Below, piece by piece: positions 12,603 through 25,400 of a stretch of 64,000 nucleotides of DNA (the first letter of the stretch is position 1; each line of letters starts with the position of its first letter). The notes under the pieces are model-generated. The model had not been told where the DNA came from, made no database searches, and saw only the letters and a list, made by a program, of their open reading frames with translations. The translations under genes and the position numbers were made by a program. Source of the DNA: Octopus sinensis (Eukaryota); contig NC_043006.1 of NCBI RefSeq assembly GCF_006345805.1, positions 48,112,001 to 48,176,000 on the forward strand, written 5' to 3'.

Positions 12603-13630
12603 CACGTCTGTATGTACCCATATATCTACAGATTACTGTGTGTGATAACACAACATGATTCTTATATATAACCATATGTCACATGATTGTTTGATGGCTT
12701 CACACTCACGAAAAGAAAAAAAAAAAGAAAAAAATCTAAAATCTTAAACTTTTGGGGAATATCTTACGGAAACAAATACAGAATGAAAATCAATACCAAT
12801 AACGATAGAAATAAAGGAATTAGGTGCATTTTTTTCGTTCTATTTACGATGTTTCTTTTTAACGATGTGTTCATTTTAAGTACGATACACAGATGGTTCT
12901 AAATATTGGATAATTTGTTTTCTGTTTTTTTTTTTTTGTTTTTGCATATTAAAATTTATATTTGTTTCGAATTTTCTTTATTTTCGTCTTTCTGCAAGAT
13001 CTTATAGCAGCTGAGTGCACTTTTAACTAATCTACCGACTTGTATAGCTCACTATAAAAGCTCGCATAGCAATATCCTGTGGGAATAGTTGCTACTTTTA
13101 TGGAAATATTAAATCCATTTTTGTATATTCTAACTATTTTATGTTACCAAACCTTGAAGAATGAAGCGCAGAGATATTTGCTTTTCTTTTAACTTAGTAT
13201 TTAAAGAACCGTAAGAAAATACATATAGAATTATTTGTTTGTTTGTTTGTTTTTCTTCAGATTGACGGCCTGCAGGTACTGTATCCGATTTCATGTAATT
13301 TCCCATATTCAAAAATTCTTAAATCACCTGAGTTAACTGATAATTCTTCACATATACATGTTGTCATGATTAATAATAAACTCTCGTATATTCCATCTTC
13401 CCTCTTTCATTTACTATATGTGCGTGCGTGAGTGTGTGCATGTGTGTGTGAGTGTGTGTGTATGTGTAAGTGTTTGTATGGGAGTGAGTGTCTGTGTATG
13501 TGTGAGTGTGTGTGTGTGTCTGTGTGTATGAGATTGTGCGCTTGTGTGTGTGACTGTCTGTATGGATTTTGTGTTCGTATTTATGCATGTATGAATATAG
13601 TATGTCTATGAGTTTGTGTGTATATATATA

Positions 13631-13962
13631 AAGACCCCCTTCGGTCATGAATGACCATGGGATTGCACCTAGAAAGTTACCCTCCTAGACACAAGTCCGG
13701 GTAAGGTTGTTTATAGAAGGCTAGCAGTCGCCCATGCATACCAGCCTCCCCTCTCCACGCCACCAGTGTTATCCAAGGGAAAGACAAAGGTCGATACAGC
13801 TTGGCACCTGTGACGTGGCAACTCATTTCTACAGCTGAGTGAACTGGAGCAACGTGAAATAAAGTGCCTTGCTCGAGAACACAACACGCAGCCCGGTCCG
13901 GGATTCGAGCTCACAACCTCACGATCGTAAGCTCGACGCTCTAACCACTGAGCCATGCGCCT
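13631..13962 (-). mobile_element. tRNA-derived SINE (same head and body as 4655, tail type 2)
   Basis: Reverse complement GGCGCATGGCTCAGTGGTTAGAGCG...GAGCTCGAATCCCGGACCGG...CTCGAGCAAGGCACTTTATTTCACGTTGCTCCAG; tail unrelated to that of 4655. Confidence 0.85.
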
Positions 13963-14016
13963 GTGTATATATATATATACACGTACGCATACACAAATAT
14001 ATATAAACACACATTC

Positions 14017-14052
<36 letters not shown>

Positions 14053-14433
14053 ACATTCATATATGTGTATATATATATATATATCGTTCGGTTTCCTTGC
14101 ATGTCCCCACCGTCAGTTTTTGTTCCCAACTTTGACCCTCCATAAATCCAAAATTAGGGTCCATGGAGGCAACTTTCTTTGAAGACTCATATTGCCATTG
14201 AATGCTCGAAATCAGGAGTAGACAGCCGACAACTGTTGAAGAGTCATTTTTCTGTGTTACCTCGTCCTGTTTTCCATTTTTTCTCGTAGTTTACGTGTTT
14301 CATGTTATTTGCACCGTTGGTGACGTCCTGTACCCATATACGCATGCGTGTGTGTGTATATATATATTATTTATTATTTATTATATAGATACATAATACA
14401 TACGTATGCACATACATATCTACATACATACAT

Positions 14434-15008
14434 TTTGGGATAGAGACGAGAAACTGCGCACAGTTATGGAATTTAGTAGCCCAGCGGATGTTAACATAAA
14501 GCTAAAGATCAGTGTAAAAGAGAACTATTGAGAAATCTACAGTTCCTCTATCCAGATTAGAAGTTCAGGTTTATACTTGTAATTATTGGGGGCCTGGGAT
14601 ATGTAAAACACTGCCTAAATACCAATCTTGAGAAATTAGGTTTCTCAAAACCAGAAACGAGAAAGCTAATTCAAAGGCTACAGATCCAATCCATCACTGG
14701 AACTGTAAAAGATTTGTAAAACTTCCCAGAAGTTTATCTAAATATATATGAGCATGTCTAGATATGCTACTATATGCATGAAAATACATACATAAAATAT
14801 ACAATATACAAATCTGCACATACATTCATACATTCATACATACATACATACATACATACATACATACATACATACATACATACTTACATACATACATATA
14901 AAATACCTTGTTGTTGATGGTGAATTTCCAATGAAGGAGCCTTGGATCTAGGTTAGAAACTGATTCTTTCTCTATTTGCAAGAAATCTTGAAATAAACTG
15001 AACAATAA
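14434..15008 (+). mobile_element. 5'-truncated R4/Dong-like (RLE) non-LTR retrotransposon, family T
   Basis: WDRDEKLRTVMEFSSPADVNIKLKI...LLRNLQFLYPD*KFRFILVIIGGLGYVKHCLNTNLEKLGFSKPETRKLIQRLQIQSITGTVK resembles an RLE C-terminus. 3' UTR holds a (CATA)n array; both junctions abut CATA repeats. Confidence 0.8.
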
Positions 15009-15731
15009 CATACATATGTAACTTGGTCATATTTGCCTTCTGTCTTTAAGCTCTATACGCGGCTACCATGTGCTCCCAATTTCCTCACGGTGGTTATTGA
15101 TTCCGACAAGACATTTTGCTACCCAGTTATGATCCATTCATTTTGAACTTGCCTGTGTTTTTTTTTTTTCTTCAATACATTCTTGTAAGTTTAGTTGAAT
15201 GTGCGAATTTATATTCGTAACAAAGGCTCAAAGGCTGTTTCTCTCACTAATAGCTAGATTATACACAGTCCAACAGCTCTTCGCGATATCACTGACTATT
15301 TAGTCAGTTGTAAACGATATCGATTTGAATAAAATTCGACCCGCCATTCACTTGTAGGGTTCCTTTTGCGGAGGTAGCACAAATTTTACTAAATTCACAT
15401 CTGGTGCTGAAGAAATTTCTTCTACCGATAATATCTGTGCTTTTTTTTCAGCATTTAACGTCTGTAAGAAATGATTTCTAAGGGTGATTACAGCAGTTTA
15501 CTGCGGTTACAGTAACACAGCCAAGTGAAGTTGAATGTTCACATATACATATATATATATATATGTGTGTGTGTGTGTATGTGTGTGTGGGGGGGTATGT
15601 TTACATAGATACATACATACATGCTTGCGTACATATTTATTTGCATATAAAATAGTGAATTTTTAACGAGGTCATGGGCATACGGTTAGATCGACAAGCA
15701 GACAGACACAAAGATAGACAGAAATATAGAT

Positions 15732-15776
<45 letters not shown>

Positions 15777-15917
15777 CAGGCGTACAAACATACACACATA
15801 GATATAGAATTTTATACACGTAGGCACACACACATACACATACACACACGTCCACAAACCCATTCCCAGCGTCAAATGCGGCAACTTATGATAATCCCTA
15901 TCGTAGCTCTGTAAATA

Positions 15918-15998
15918 AGCAGTTCTATATTTCAGAAAGGAGGCATTATGTAAATTATTTACATTTGACGTATATTTACATTATTTACATTTGACGGA
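15918..15998 (-). mobile_element. Penelope-like terminal repeat fragment
   Basis: AGTTCTATATTT..GA..GAGG.ATTATGTA.ATTATTTACATTTGACG matches 29066-29130 and 41338-41375. Confidence 0.65.
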
Positions 15999-16145
15999 TG
16001 TTGGGAATCTTGGGGTTAGTAGCCCGCCCTCTTAACCACTACGCCATTTGCCCGTGGGCAATTATGAAGTGAAATTTAGGGCCTATAAATCTAATATCTT
16101 CCTATCCTTCCTTAATACCGGTTCCCATATGATACTTATATCTGA

Positions 16146-16585
<440 letters not shown>

Positions 16586-17349
16586 TCTACTAGTTCATCT
16601 TTTCTCTTCGTTCTCGTGTTGTTTCTAGCTCACGTGTATGTTATTTCTAGCTCCTATTTTTTTCTATTCTATTCCCTCTATTTGTAATTCTTAAACCCAC
16701 CCCACCCCACCAACCCGCTTTAAATTTATATACAATGCCTGTGTACTTTCTATTGTAAACTTGTCACCAAAATCAGTGAAACAAATCAATCGATTTATTG
16801 ATTGGTTTTTGAAGGCCGATATGAACAGATCCTAATTTAGAGGCATTATATGAAATCGTCCATAACTGCAACATGACAGAAAACAATACTGCAAAAAGAG
16901 TTTATTATAATGCAAGTCTATTCGTTACTGAGTTTTACTTCAGGTTTGGTATCTATGCACTTTTTTTTTTAGTATGAGATCGATCCGAAATCAATCGATA
17001 GCCATATGCAAGACTTCATTTGTGAACTTGCGAGACGTGCGGCTATGCGTACGTGATGTCTGTGTGCGCGCACACACTTCTGTGTATGTGTGCGTACGCA
17101 CAATATGTATACGCCGTATACATCAGTACTGACCTAGAATGCGTCTAACATAGTTGTACGACACACGTACATACGCATATTCATATATACACACTCACAC
17201 ACACATATGCATATGTACACACACACACACATATATATATAAATATATATACATATATATGTACATATGCATATGTATACATATATGTATAAAATTTGTA
17301 CATGTACTGGCATGTGTGTATATAGAGATTGACATATACAGACATAGAG

Positions 17350-17398
<49 letters not shown>

Positions 17399-17970
17399 TT
17401 TTATATGAGTATACATACATATACATATAGGTAGATAGATATATTTATATATATATATACATGGGTGTATGTATATATGTGTGTATATATGTATGTAGCT
17501 GAAATACTGAAGCCCATGCTCACAGACAGCCACCCATACACTTATTTGGTTTCTTTTCTTAAATTTATGATGTTTTCCTGTCCGTTTCCGATTTTCCTTT
17601 TCCTTTCTCTGTTATTTTTCCCTCACAATGTTTTTTTTATATATTTTCTCAAGCACTCTAGTCTTTTACTTCCAACTTCGATCTTCCAATTGTCCTTTTG
17701 TGATAAGTTTCCTGCTTCGCCATTAATCAATACATTTGCAATAACAAGAACAACCAAAATACCAAAATATTCCCAGCCCTACAGCAAAATACGCAAGTCA
17801 GGGAAGGCAGTGTTATAATTGCTATTATTGATAACATAAAAATGAAACTAGTTCGAACAACGAGATTAATGATGTAGACGTAATGGTTCTTTTGTATGCA
17901 TTTTATTTTTATGGGACACAAATATAGTCTTAACTATTGACATACAATAATTATTATCATTATTATATTT

Positions 17971-18135
17971 AGGAAGACGGACAAAATGCTTAGCGGCATT
18001 TCGTCATACGTTCAGAGTTCAAATTTCATATTGTCGGGGTCGATAAAATAAGTAGCAGTTCAGCTCTACTGTCGATATAATCGACTTTTCCCCCTTCTGA
18101 AATTGATGGCTTTGTGCCAAAATTTGAAATCATAA
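17971..18135 (+). mobile_element. Abundant SINE-like repeat, type M, ending in an (ATT)n tail
   Basis: TTCAGAGTTCAAATT...GGGGTCGATAAAATAAGTA...GTGCCAAAATTTGAAATC; same family as 55677 and 58907. Confidence 0.75.
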
Positions 18136-18139
18136 TCCT

Positions 18140-18298
<159 letters not shown>

Positions 18299-18299
18299 T

Positions 18300-18810
18300 T
18301 TTAATTCAGGTTTTGTTGGAACTCCTGGAGTCTTGCATGCATAGCGGGCTTGTTATCTACAGCTTATGGTACCAAGCTATCTGTTCCTTTCAACTCTCTA
18401 ATACTTACTTGATTATTAAGGCCCTGCCAAGTAGACAATCCTTTTGAACCAGTTCTATTGTGCACTCTATTCCGATTTCTTTTATATTCCCCTTGATGCC
18501 TTCTGATACTGTCCCCAATGACCCAACAATATCTTGCACTATCTTCACCTTCCTTTTCTATAACCAGTCTATTTCTTAAGGGGATTGTATACATCTGTAT
18601 TTTCGCCTTCCGTCATGACTATCCGTCGGCCAAAGGAGCATGTAACATCGAGTATATAACACAAGTGGCGCATCTTGTCCCCTACCGATAGATCCGGTCT
18701 GTTATGCTCTAGCACCCGATCTGTGTATTTTGGGAAATCCCACAGGATTTTGCAGTTCTCCCAGTGCTAATACCACGTCTTGCATCTCTCTATAAACTAC
18801 TTTTTGCACA
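18300..18810 (-). mobile_element. R4/Dong-like RLE retrotransposon 3' remnant, family A
   Basis: Minus strand ENCKILWDFPKYTDRVLEHNRPDLSVGDK...LCYILDVTCSF and KVKIVQDIVGSLGTVSEGI...IELVQKDCLLGRALIIK*VLES* (PD...D RLE motif); the 3' UTR runs into (TAA)n. Confidence 0.85.
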
Positions 18811-18865
18811 TCATCCTCATCCTCGTCATCATCATCATCATCCTCCTCCTCATCATCATCATTAT

Positions 18866-19250
18866 TCTATCATGTCTTCTCCTAGGTTATCTATGTCACG
18901 TATCGTCTTCTTGCAGCTTAGAGACGCAACATTTTTCTCAATAGATGTCTTGTTCCAAATATTTCTGCCAAGTGAGTACTACCTATGAAGTTTGGTTTTT
19001 GCAGCTTTAATGCCAGAATACTGCTTCCTTCAAGGTGATCCGATGGGGTTCGGCGCCACATTCACTTTTGAGTCTCTATGGGTACGTTTTACTTCTAATA
19101 CCAGATCTTAGTAATTCCCGACTTTCTCCTCCCCTTTCTTCACAATATTCTGGTCTGCGAGTTAAGGTACGTCGATGAAGTTCCATTCTTTAGACTCGTT
19201 CTGTCGCAGGAGTCCAAAGTCTGCTTGATTATGTTGCAGCCTTTTATCTG
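18866..19250 (-). mobile_element. R4/Dong-like RLE retrotransposon 3' remnant, family B
   Basis: Minus strand KEWNFIDVP*LADQNIVKKGEEKVGNY*DLVLEVKRTHRDSKVNVAPNPIGS; 3' UTR ends in (TGA)n; a second copy of this 3' UTR lies at about 19478-19535. Confidence 0.75.
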
Positions 19251-19779
19251 TACAAGATTATTACCAATTCAAATATGTTTCGAGCGTATTCGAAAGTAAT
19301 TCACTGTATTTTGATACGGAGAAAATTTCTCTCTATAAACATATGTAAGCAAGCCTTGTATTTATACACAACAATGCTTAGTGCTGCCACCTCGTAATTT
19401 GTTCACCGTGAGCCGCCGATTAGCGCTACCAGTCATATTCTTGTATGATGTTAAGAATATAATAAAGAAACAATCTCTTACTTCTCCTGAGTTATCTATG
19501 TCACATCTCAGTTCCTTCTTGCAGCTTAGAGACTATCTCAGCTTACATTGTACCCTTCTGTGCAACTTCTGTGAATGAAGAGTAGATAAACACTCCAAAG
19601 TGCTTGCACCTCACAAGTAGGTGGCGATACGAGCTGATGTTGCTGTATTTACACCATTAGTTTACAAAGTGAAATTTTCTCCATGAATTTTCTCACAGTA
19701 AATGACTTTCTTACGAGACCAAATATGCTCCAAGCATATTTCAACTGGTGATAACCTTATATTCATACACATCACTGAT

Positions 19780-20650
19780 TAGCGTTGCCACCCAGTTTAT
19801 CTATATAGAGTAGCATAACCCACGTGAGTTTCACTTGATCATTTTCTGTTACTGGCAAAATGTGGTGTTCATACAACTTGTTGCAACATTTTAGCCCCAT
19901 ACTTCCTTCACAATTCCCAGTGTATTCGCACTGCCACTTTGTCATAGCGTGCATTGTACATGTTTTCGATTAGTTTTCAGCATCCACTATTTGTATGTCT
20001 AACAGTCTCAGATGATTTTCACATAATCTGCATAAAAGTCTTCTGTTAATTTACCAATGCCGCACTTGATTGAGTCACTTCGTAAATCTTGTTCTTGAAT
20101 AACAAAAAATCAGTCCCACTGTCTCCTTCTTTGAAAAAAAAGAAACCATGTCCAGGCTTCTGTATCAGCTTCATCCGATGTTTCTTAGTAAACTCTCCCT
20201 AGAGGATTTTATTCCCCCAGCTGATTACTTCCTGCTATTATCTAAAACTCTCCCTGCTGGACTTTTATTCCCCCAGCTGATGATCTTTTCCCCTGTTAGT
20301 CCTCATATTGTACTCCTGGAGGGTCTCACCATTGTCACTGATCACCTCAGTGACTATCTGCAACAGTGCTATCTGCAACATTCTATCTTCACGATTCTTC
20401 CGTTAGGCGTGTAAGGACATGATCTCTTTCATATTACTATCCACTATTCCAACCAATCCTCTTCCACCTTCCTTCGTAGTTACGGAAAGCCTCGCTATGT
20501 TACATCTAGTATGATAGTACTCATGCATAGCCATTATCTTCATACATTTTCTCTTCATATTGACCAGGTATTCCTTTTTCCACGCCACAAATCCTGCGCG
20601 GTAACGTCCTTCACACACAGCGTTAGCGGCATTTAGTCTGTCTTCATGTT
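19780..20650 (-). pseudogene. R4/Dong-like ORF remnant: RT thumb, CCHC knuckle and start of RLE
   Basis: RYRAGFVAWKKEYLVNMKRK...HTRCNIARLSVTTKEGGRGLVGI, then IQEQDLRSDSIK...LCRLCENH..TVRHTNSGC...RYDKVAVRIHWEL*RKYG...KLYEH. Confidence 0.85.
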
Positions 20651-20661
20651 CCCAGTCCAAA

Positions 20662-20795
20662 TTCCACTGGGGTCGACTTTGTCTTTCATCCGTTCGGGGT
20701 CGATGAAATATATATGATCTGGACACTAAGGTCGATGTACTTGACTTACCGTTGCCTCGAAATTATTGGCCTTCTACCAAAATTTGAAATCCTCA
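20662..20795 (+). mobile_element. Type M SINE fragment interrupting the RLE element
   Basis: GGGGTCGACTTTGTCTTTCATCCGTTCGGGGTCGATGAAAT. Confidence 0.8.
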
Positions 20796-21423
20796 TCGTT
20801 GATGTTGCTGTTTTGTTTGATGATGTTGGTTTCCTTATTGCTGTTGCTCTTGGTGTTGTTCCTACTTTTGTGACCATCATCTCCAACATTATTGAACGTC
20901 GTTGAAAATTTCTCAACTTATTTGTAACTTTTGTGTTTTGCGCGTCGTTTTTCTCTGTAAATATCCTGTCATTAGACATACAGATTTACAACACAAGTAA
21001 ATGTTAAAACACGCCACAAATAAATCTCCCAAGTATGAAAGATCAACCGATCCGCTCAATTACTTTGGTCTTAGGCAGCTGAACTTACATTCGTCTCTAT
21101 TTGATGATATTCCAATAAACAAAATTTCTTAAATCAAAGGATCTCCATTCAAATGTTCAAAGTAGGTGAAGACCAAAAGCTATTCACTTACAAAGCAAGA
21201 TTTCTGGTTCTGGAAGCTTCTTTTCTATCCTAGAATGAATTCTTTCTGATTCTTTCTTAGGTCTTTACAATAATTTGATTATTTTGGCAATAGACGCGCA
21301 TTCACAAATACGTATGTGTGTATTTGCGTGTCAGTTTTATGTGTATATGTACACACACGTACACACACGCACATGCGCACACACACACACACGCGCGCAT
21401 GGGCGCGCGTGCGTATGTAAGTA

Positions 21424-22415
21424 CGTCATTATTCAGTTTTATTTCAAGATTTCTTACCAATAGAGAAAGAGCCGGTTTCTAACCTAGATCCGAGGCTCTT
21501 TCATTGGAATTCCAACATCAATAGGGTATTTTTATATGCACGTATGTATGTCATTGCTCAGTTTTATTTTAAGATTTCTTCCCAATAGAGAAAGAGCCGG
21601 TTTCTAACCTAGATCCAAGGCTCCCTCATGAGAATTTTAACATCAACAAGAGAGTATTTTTGTATGTACGTATGTATGTATGTATATGTGCAGTTTTCTA
21701 TGTTTTGTTTTATGTATGTATGTATGTATGTATGTATGCAAATTTGCATGTTTTGCTTTATCATGCAAATACTTGCATATCTAGATAAGCTCGTATATAT
21801 TCAAATGATAATTTTCTGGAAAGTCTTACAGGTTTTTACAGTCCCAGAGATGGCGTGGATCTGTAGTCTTCGAATCAGCTTTCTCCATTCTGATTTTGAG
21901 GAGCCTAATTTCTTAATATTGGTATTTAGGTATTGTTTTACATATCTCAGGGCCCTAATAATCACAGGTATAAATATGAACTTGGAATCTTGATAGAGTA
22001 CCTGTACATTCCTCAGTAGTTCAGCGTAGGTATTATGTGTGTAGGTAAATATGTATGTATGTATATGTGCAGTTTTCTATGTTTTGTTTTATGTATGTAT
22101 GTATGTATGTATGTATGCAAATTTGCATGTTTTGCTTTATCATGCAAATACTTGCATATCTAGATAAGCTCGTATATATTCAAATGATAATTTTCTGGAA
22201 AGTCTTACAGGTTTTTACAGTCCCAGAGATGGCGTGGATCTGTAGTCTTCGAATCAGCTTTCTCCATTCTGATTTTGAGGAGCCTAATTTCTTAATATTG
22301 GTATTTAGGTATTGTTTTACATATCTCAGGGCCCTAATAATCACAGGTATAAATATGAACTTGGAATCTTGATAGAGTACCTGTACATTCCTCAGTAGTT
22401 CAGCGTAGGTATTAT
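21424..22415 (-). mobile_element. Family T RLE retrotransposon 3' ends (two terminal UTR pieces plus a duplicated coding end)
   Basis: Minus strand NTYAELLRNVQVLYQDSKFIFIPVIIRALRYVKQYLNTNIKKLGSSKSEWRKLIRRLQIHAISGTVKTCKTFQKIII* is homologous to 14434-15008; flanked by (TATG)n. Confidence 0.85.
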
Positions 22416-22428
22416 GTGTGTAGGTAAA
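21671..22428. repeat. Apparently exact 379-bp tandem duplication
   Basis: 21671-22049 equals 22050-22428 by eye; breakpoints lie in (TATG)n. Confidence 0.93.
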
Positions 22429-22456
22429 TATGTATGTATGTATGTACGTGTGTATG

Positions 22457-22554
<98 letters not shown>

Positions 22555-22851
22555 ACCACCCCCACCACCGTGACCGACCAGGCTATCAGATGTCGCTACG
22601 CATCACTGGTCACAATGCGCTTCGCATTATTTTAGCTTTCAAATGACGCCACCTCGCTGGCTAAGCGAGAAGGCCAACAGAAGAAAGATTGAGAGAAAGT
22701 TGTGGCGAAAGAGTACAGCAGGGATCGCCTACACCCCCTGCCGGAGCTTCGTGGATCTTTAGGTGTTTTCGCTCAATAAACACTCACAACTCCCGGTCTG
22801 GGAATCGAAACCGCGATCCGCTGCCCTAACCAGTGGGCCATTGCGCCTCCA
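22555..22851 (-). mobile_element. tRNA-derived SINE, second body type
   Basis: Reverse complement GGAGGCGCAATGGCCCACTGGTTAGGGCAGCGG...GGTTTCGATTCCCAGACCGG...GAGCGAAAACACCTAAAG..CCACG...CTCCGGCAG; head and body shared with 26996-27280. Confidence 0.8.
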
Positions 22852-23384
22852 TATTTATGTATGCATATATGTATGTATGCATGTATGTATGGGTGCTACT
22901 TTGGTATGCGATCTGCATGTTTCATTTATTTATCATGGCTTAATTTAAACAGTCTTACATTTTTATTGATTTATTTAAAAAAAAATTAAAATGAAGTAGA
23001 TTTGAAACAAGTTGACTAATTTTATGTGCGAATCGAACAAACGGGCGAATCGAACGAACATCAGCTAGAAAAGTGAAAAATAGAGAATTGAAACGTTTAT
23101 ACATTTTATACATTTATTATTAAAAGGAAATTTGAAATAAGGTTACTAATTTTATCGTTAATACATTTATTATCAAAATTCATTATTTAATACTTTTATT
23201 ATTAAAAAGAAATTAGAATGAAGCAAATTTGAAACATGTTTACTAATGCTGTCGGCGAATCGAATAACCATCAGCTAGAAAAGCTGTACGTGATAAGCAT
23301 AACCTTTCTTGTTGTAGATCAGAATATAAAGTGTAAATCTCATATCAAAGCAGTTTCATGACACGTAGATCACATACCAAAGTA

Positions 23385-23512
23385 GCACTGTATGTATGTA
23401 TGCATGTATGTATGCATGTATGTATGTATGTATGTATGTATGTATGTATGTATGTATGTATGTATGTATGTATGTATGTATGTATGTATGTATGTATGTA
23501 TGTATGTATGTA
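23385..23512. repeat. (TATG)n microsatellite
   Basis: Seen directly. Confidence 0.98.
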
Positions 23513-23600
23513 TAATCAAGTATGTAAATATGAAGAATCGAAGAATTAGTCGAATAATACCGCTGCTTCAAAAGTGGTAACGAGTGCTTATTATGTAACT

Positions 23601-23997
23601 TTACTCTTTCACTCTTTTACTTGTTTCAGTTATTTAGCTGTGGCCATGCTGGAGCACCGCCTTTAGTCGAGCAAATCAACCCCAGGATTTATTCGTTGGA
23701 AGCCTAGTACTTATACTATCGGTCTCTCTTGCCGAACCGCTAAGTTACGGGGACGTAAACACACCAGCATCGGTTGTCAAGCTATATTGGGGGGGGGTGA
23801 CAAACACAGACGCACAAAAATATACACACACATCCATATATACGATGGGCTTCTTTCAGTTTCCGTCTACCAAATCCACTCACAAGTCTTTGGCCAGCCC
23901 AAGGCTATAGTAAAAAAACACTTGATCAAGGTGCCACGCAGTGGGGCTGAAACCGGAACCATGTGGTTAGTAAGCAAGCTACTTACCACACAGCCAC
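23601..23997 (-). mobile_element. CORE-like SINE, near full length
   Basis: Reverse complement of the 11759/12169 family. Confidence 0.88.
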
Positions 23998-24725
23998 TAT
24001 ATATAACTTTATAAATGATTTGTAACAATCTGGTGTCATTTCTCCTCAGGTGCATGCAGCCGTTCGGTAAAAAAATTATCTGCCGTTATAAATAATTCAA
24101 AACAAAAGTGACGTATATTTTAAGATAGTGTATGAAAAATGAATCATTCTCTCTTTCCTGATCTTGTGGACGATACGGAGGACAAGATAATCAACGCGGC
24201 CTGACAGGGAGAAGATAAAAGAGAAAATTAAAACATTTGTTGCGTAAACTTGCCTGAATTGCTACATTTAAAATTAAACTGTAATATATTATAACAGAGT
24301 TTTACTGCCACAACGAATGCTTTAAGAGTAAATACAAAACTAATAACAAAGCTATTGTTTTAAATTATAACAAAACATATAAGAGATGTCAAAATAATGT
24401 TGCATTTATATTTTCTTTGAACGTAACATTAATAACGAAAAATGCTAGATTATATATTTTAAGTCTTGCAGCATATGTGATTAGCTTAATATTTTGTTAT
24501 GAAAACCTGTATGATATTGAACTTGCGCATTATTTCAAAGGAAATTTCTTACTTTTATGAACAGCTATTAAAGCTGGGTAAATACTGTGTAGGATAACTA
24601 TGATAGCCTTGCGTTATTGTAAATATTAAATGAACTTAATTGATATTGAATACGTACAGCATTGTAGAAAATATGTCAAGGTAAAAAGAGTTAATCCATT
24701 TTTTTTCTTTCGTAGAGCTAATAAA

Positions 24726-25006
24726 GAAGCACTCCGTCGGTTACGACAACGGAGGTCCCAGCTGATATAATCAACGGAACAGCTTGCTTGTGAAATTAAC
24801 GTGCAAGTGGCTGAGCAATCCAAAGACACGTGTACCCCTAACGTAGTTGTCAGGGAGATACAGCGTGACACAGAGTGTGACAAGGCTGGCCCTTTGCTAT
24901 ATGGGTACAAATCATTTTTGCCGTCTGAGTGGACTGAGGCAACGTGAAATAAGGTGTCTTGCCAAGGACACAACGCGCCGCCGGGAATTGAACTCACAAC
25001 CTTACG
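24726..25006 (-). mobile_element. tRNA-derived SINE (tail type 3), head truncated at a TA tract
   Basis: Body CAACGTGAAATAAGGTGTCTTGCCAAGGACACAAC as in 13631; distinct tail. Confidence 0.85.
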
Positions 25007-25077
25007 TTATATATATACACACACACACATATATATATATACACAAATATATGCATATATATATACACACATATAAA

Positions 25078-25400
25078 AAGGAGCACTCTGTCGGTTGCAA
25101 CGTTGAGGGTCCCAGCGTATATAATCAACGGAACAGCTTGCTCGTGAAATCAACGTGCAAGTGGCTGAGCAATCCAAAGACACGTGTACCCCTAACGTAG
25201 TTGTCAGGGACATTCAGCGTGACACAGAGTGTGACAAGGCTGGCCCTTTGCAATATGGGTACAAATCATTTTTGCCAGCTGAGTGGACTGAGGCAATGTG
25301 AAATAAAGTGTCTTGCTCAAGGACACAAGGCGTCGCCGGTAATTGAACTCGCGACATTACAATCTTGATCTGAACGCCTTAACCACTAAGCCACGCGCCT
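25078..25400 (-). mobile_element. tRNA-derived SINE (tail type 3), full length
   Basis: Head ...AACCACTAAGCCACGCGCC (A box on minus strand); tail nearly identical to 24726-25006. Confidence 0.88.

Noticed and set aside
14203-14245. Possible type II hammerhead (CTC-GAAA...CTGTTGA-A-GAG)
   Set aside because: Core mismatch and neither stem I nor stem III pairs.
17623-17778. Minus-strand exon candidate GWEYFGILVVLVIANVLING... after a CTGAC/polypyrimidine acceptor
   Set aside because: No recognisable homology, weak donor and no linked exons.
20918-21260. Minus-strand mini-exons with GTAAGT donors ending in DIYREKRRAKHKSYK*
   Set aside because: Weak acceptors; phases join only with implausible choices and a ~64-nt intron.
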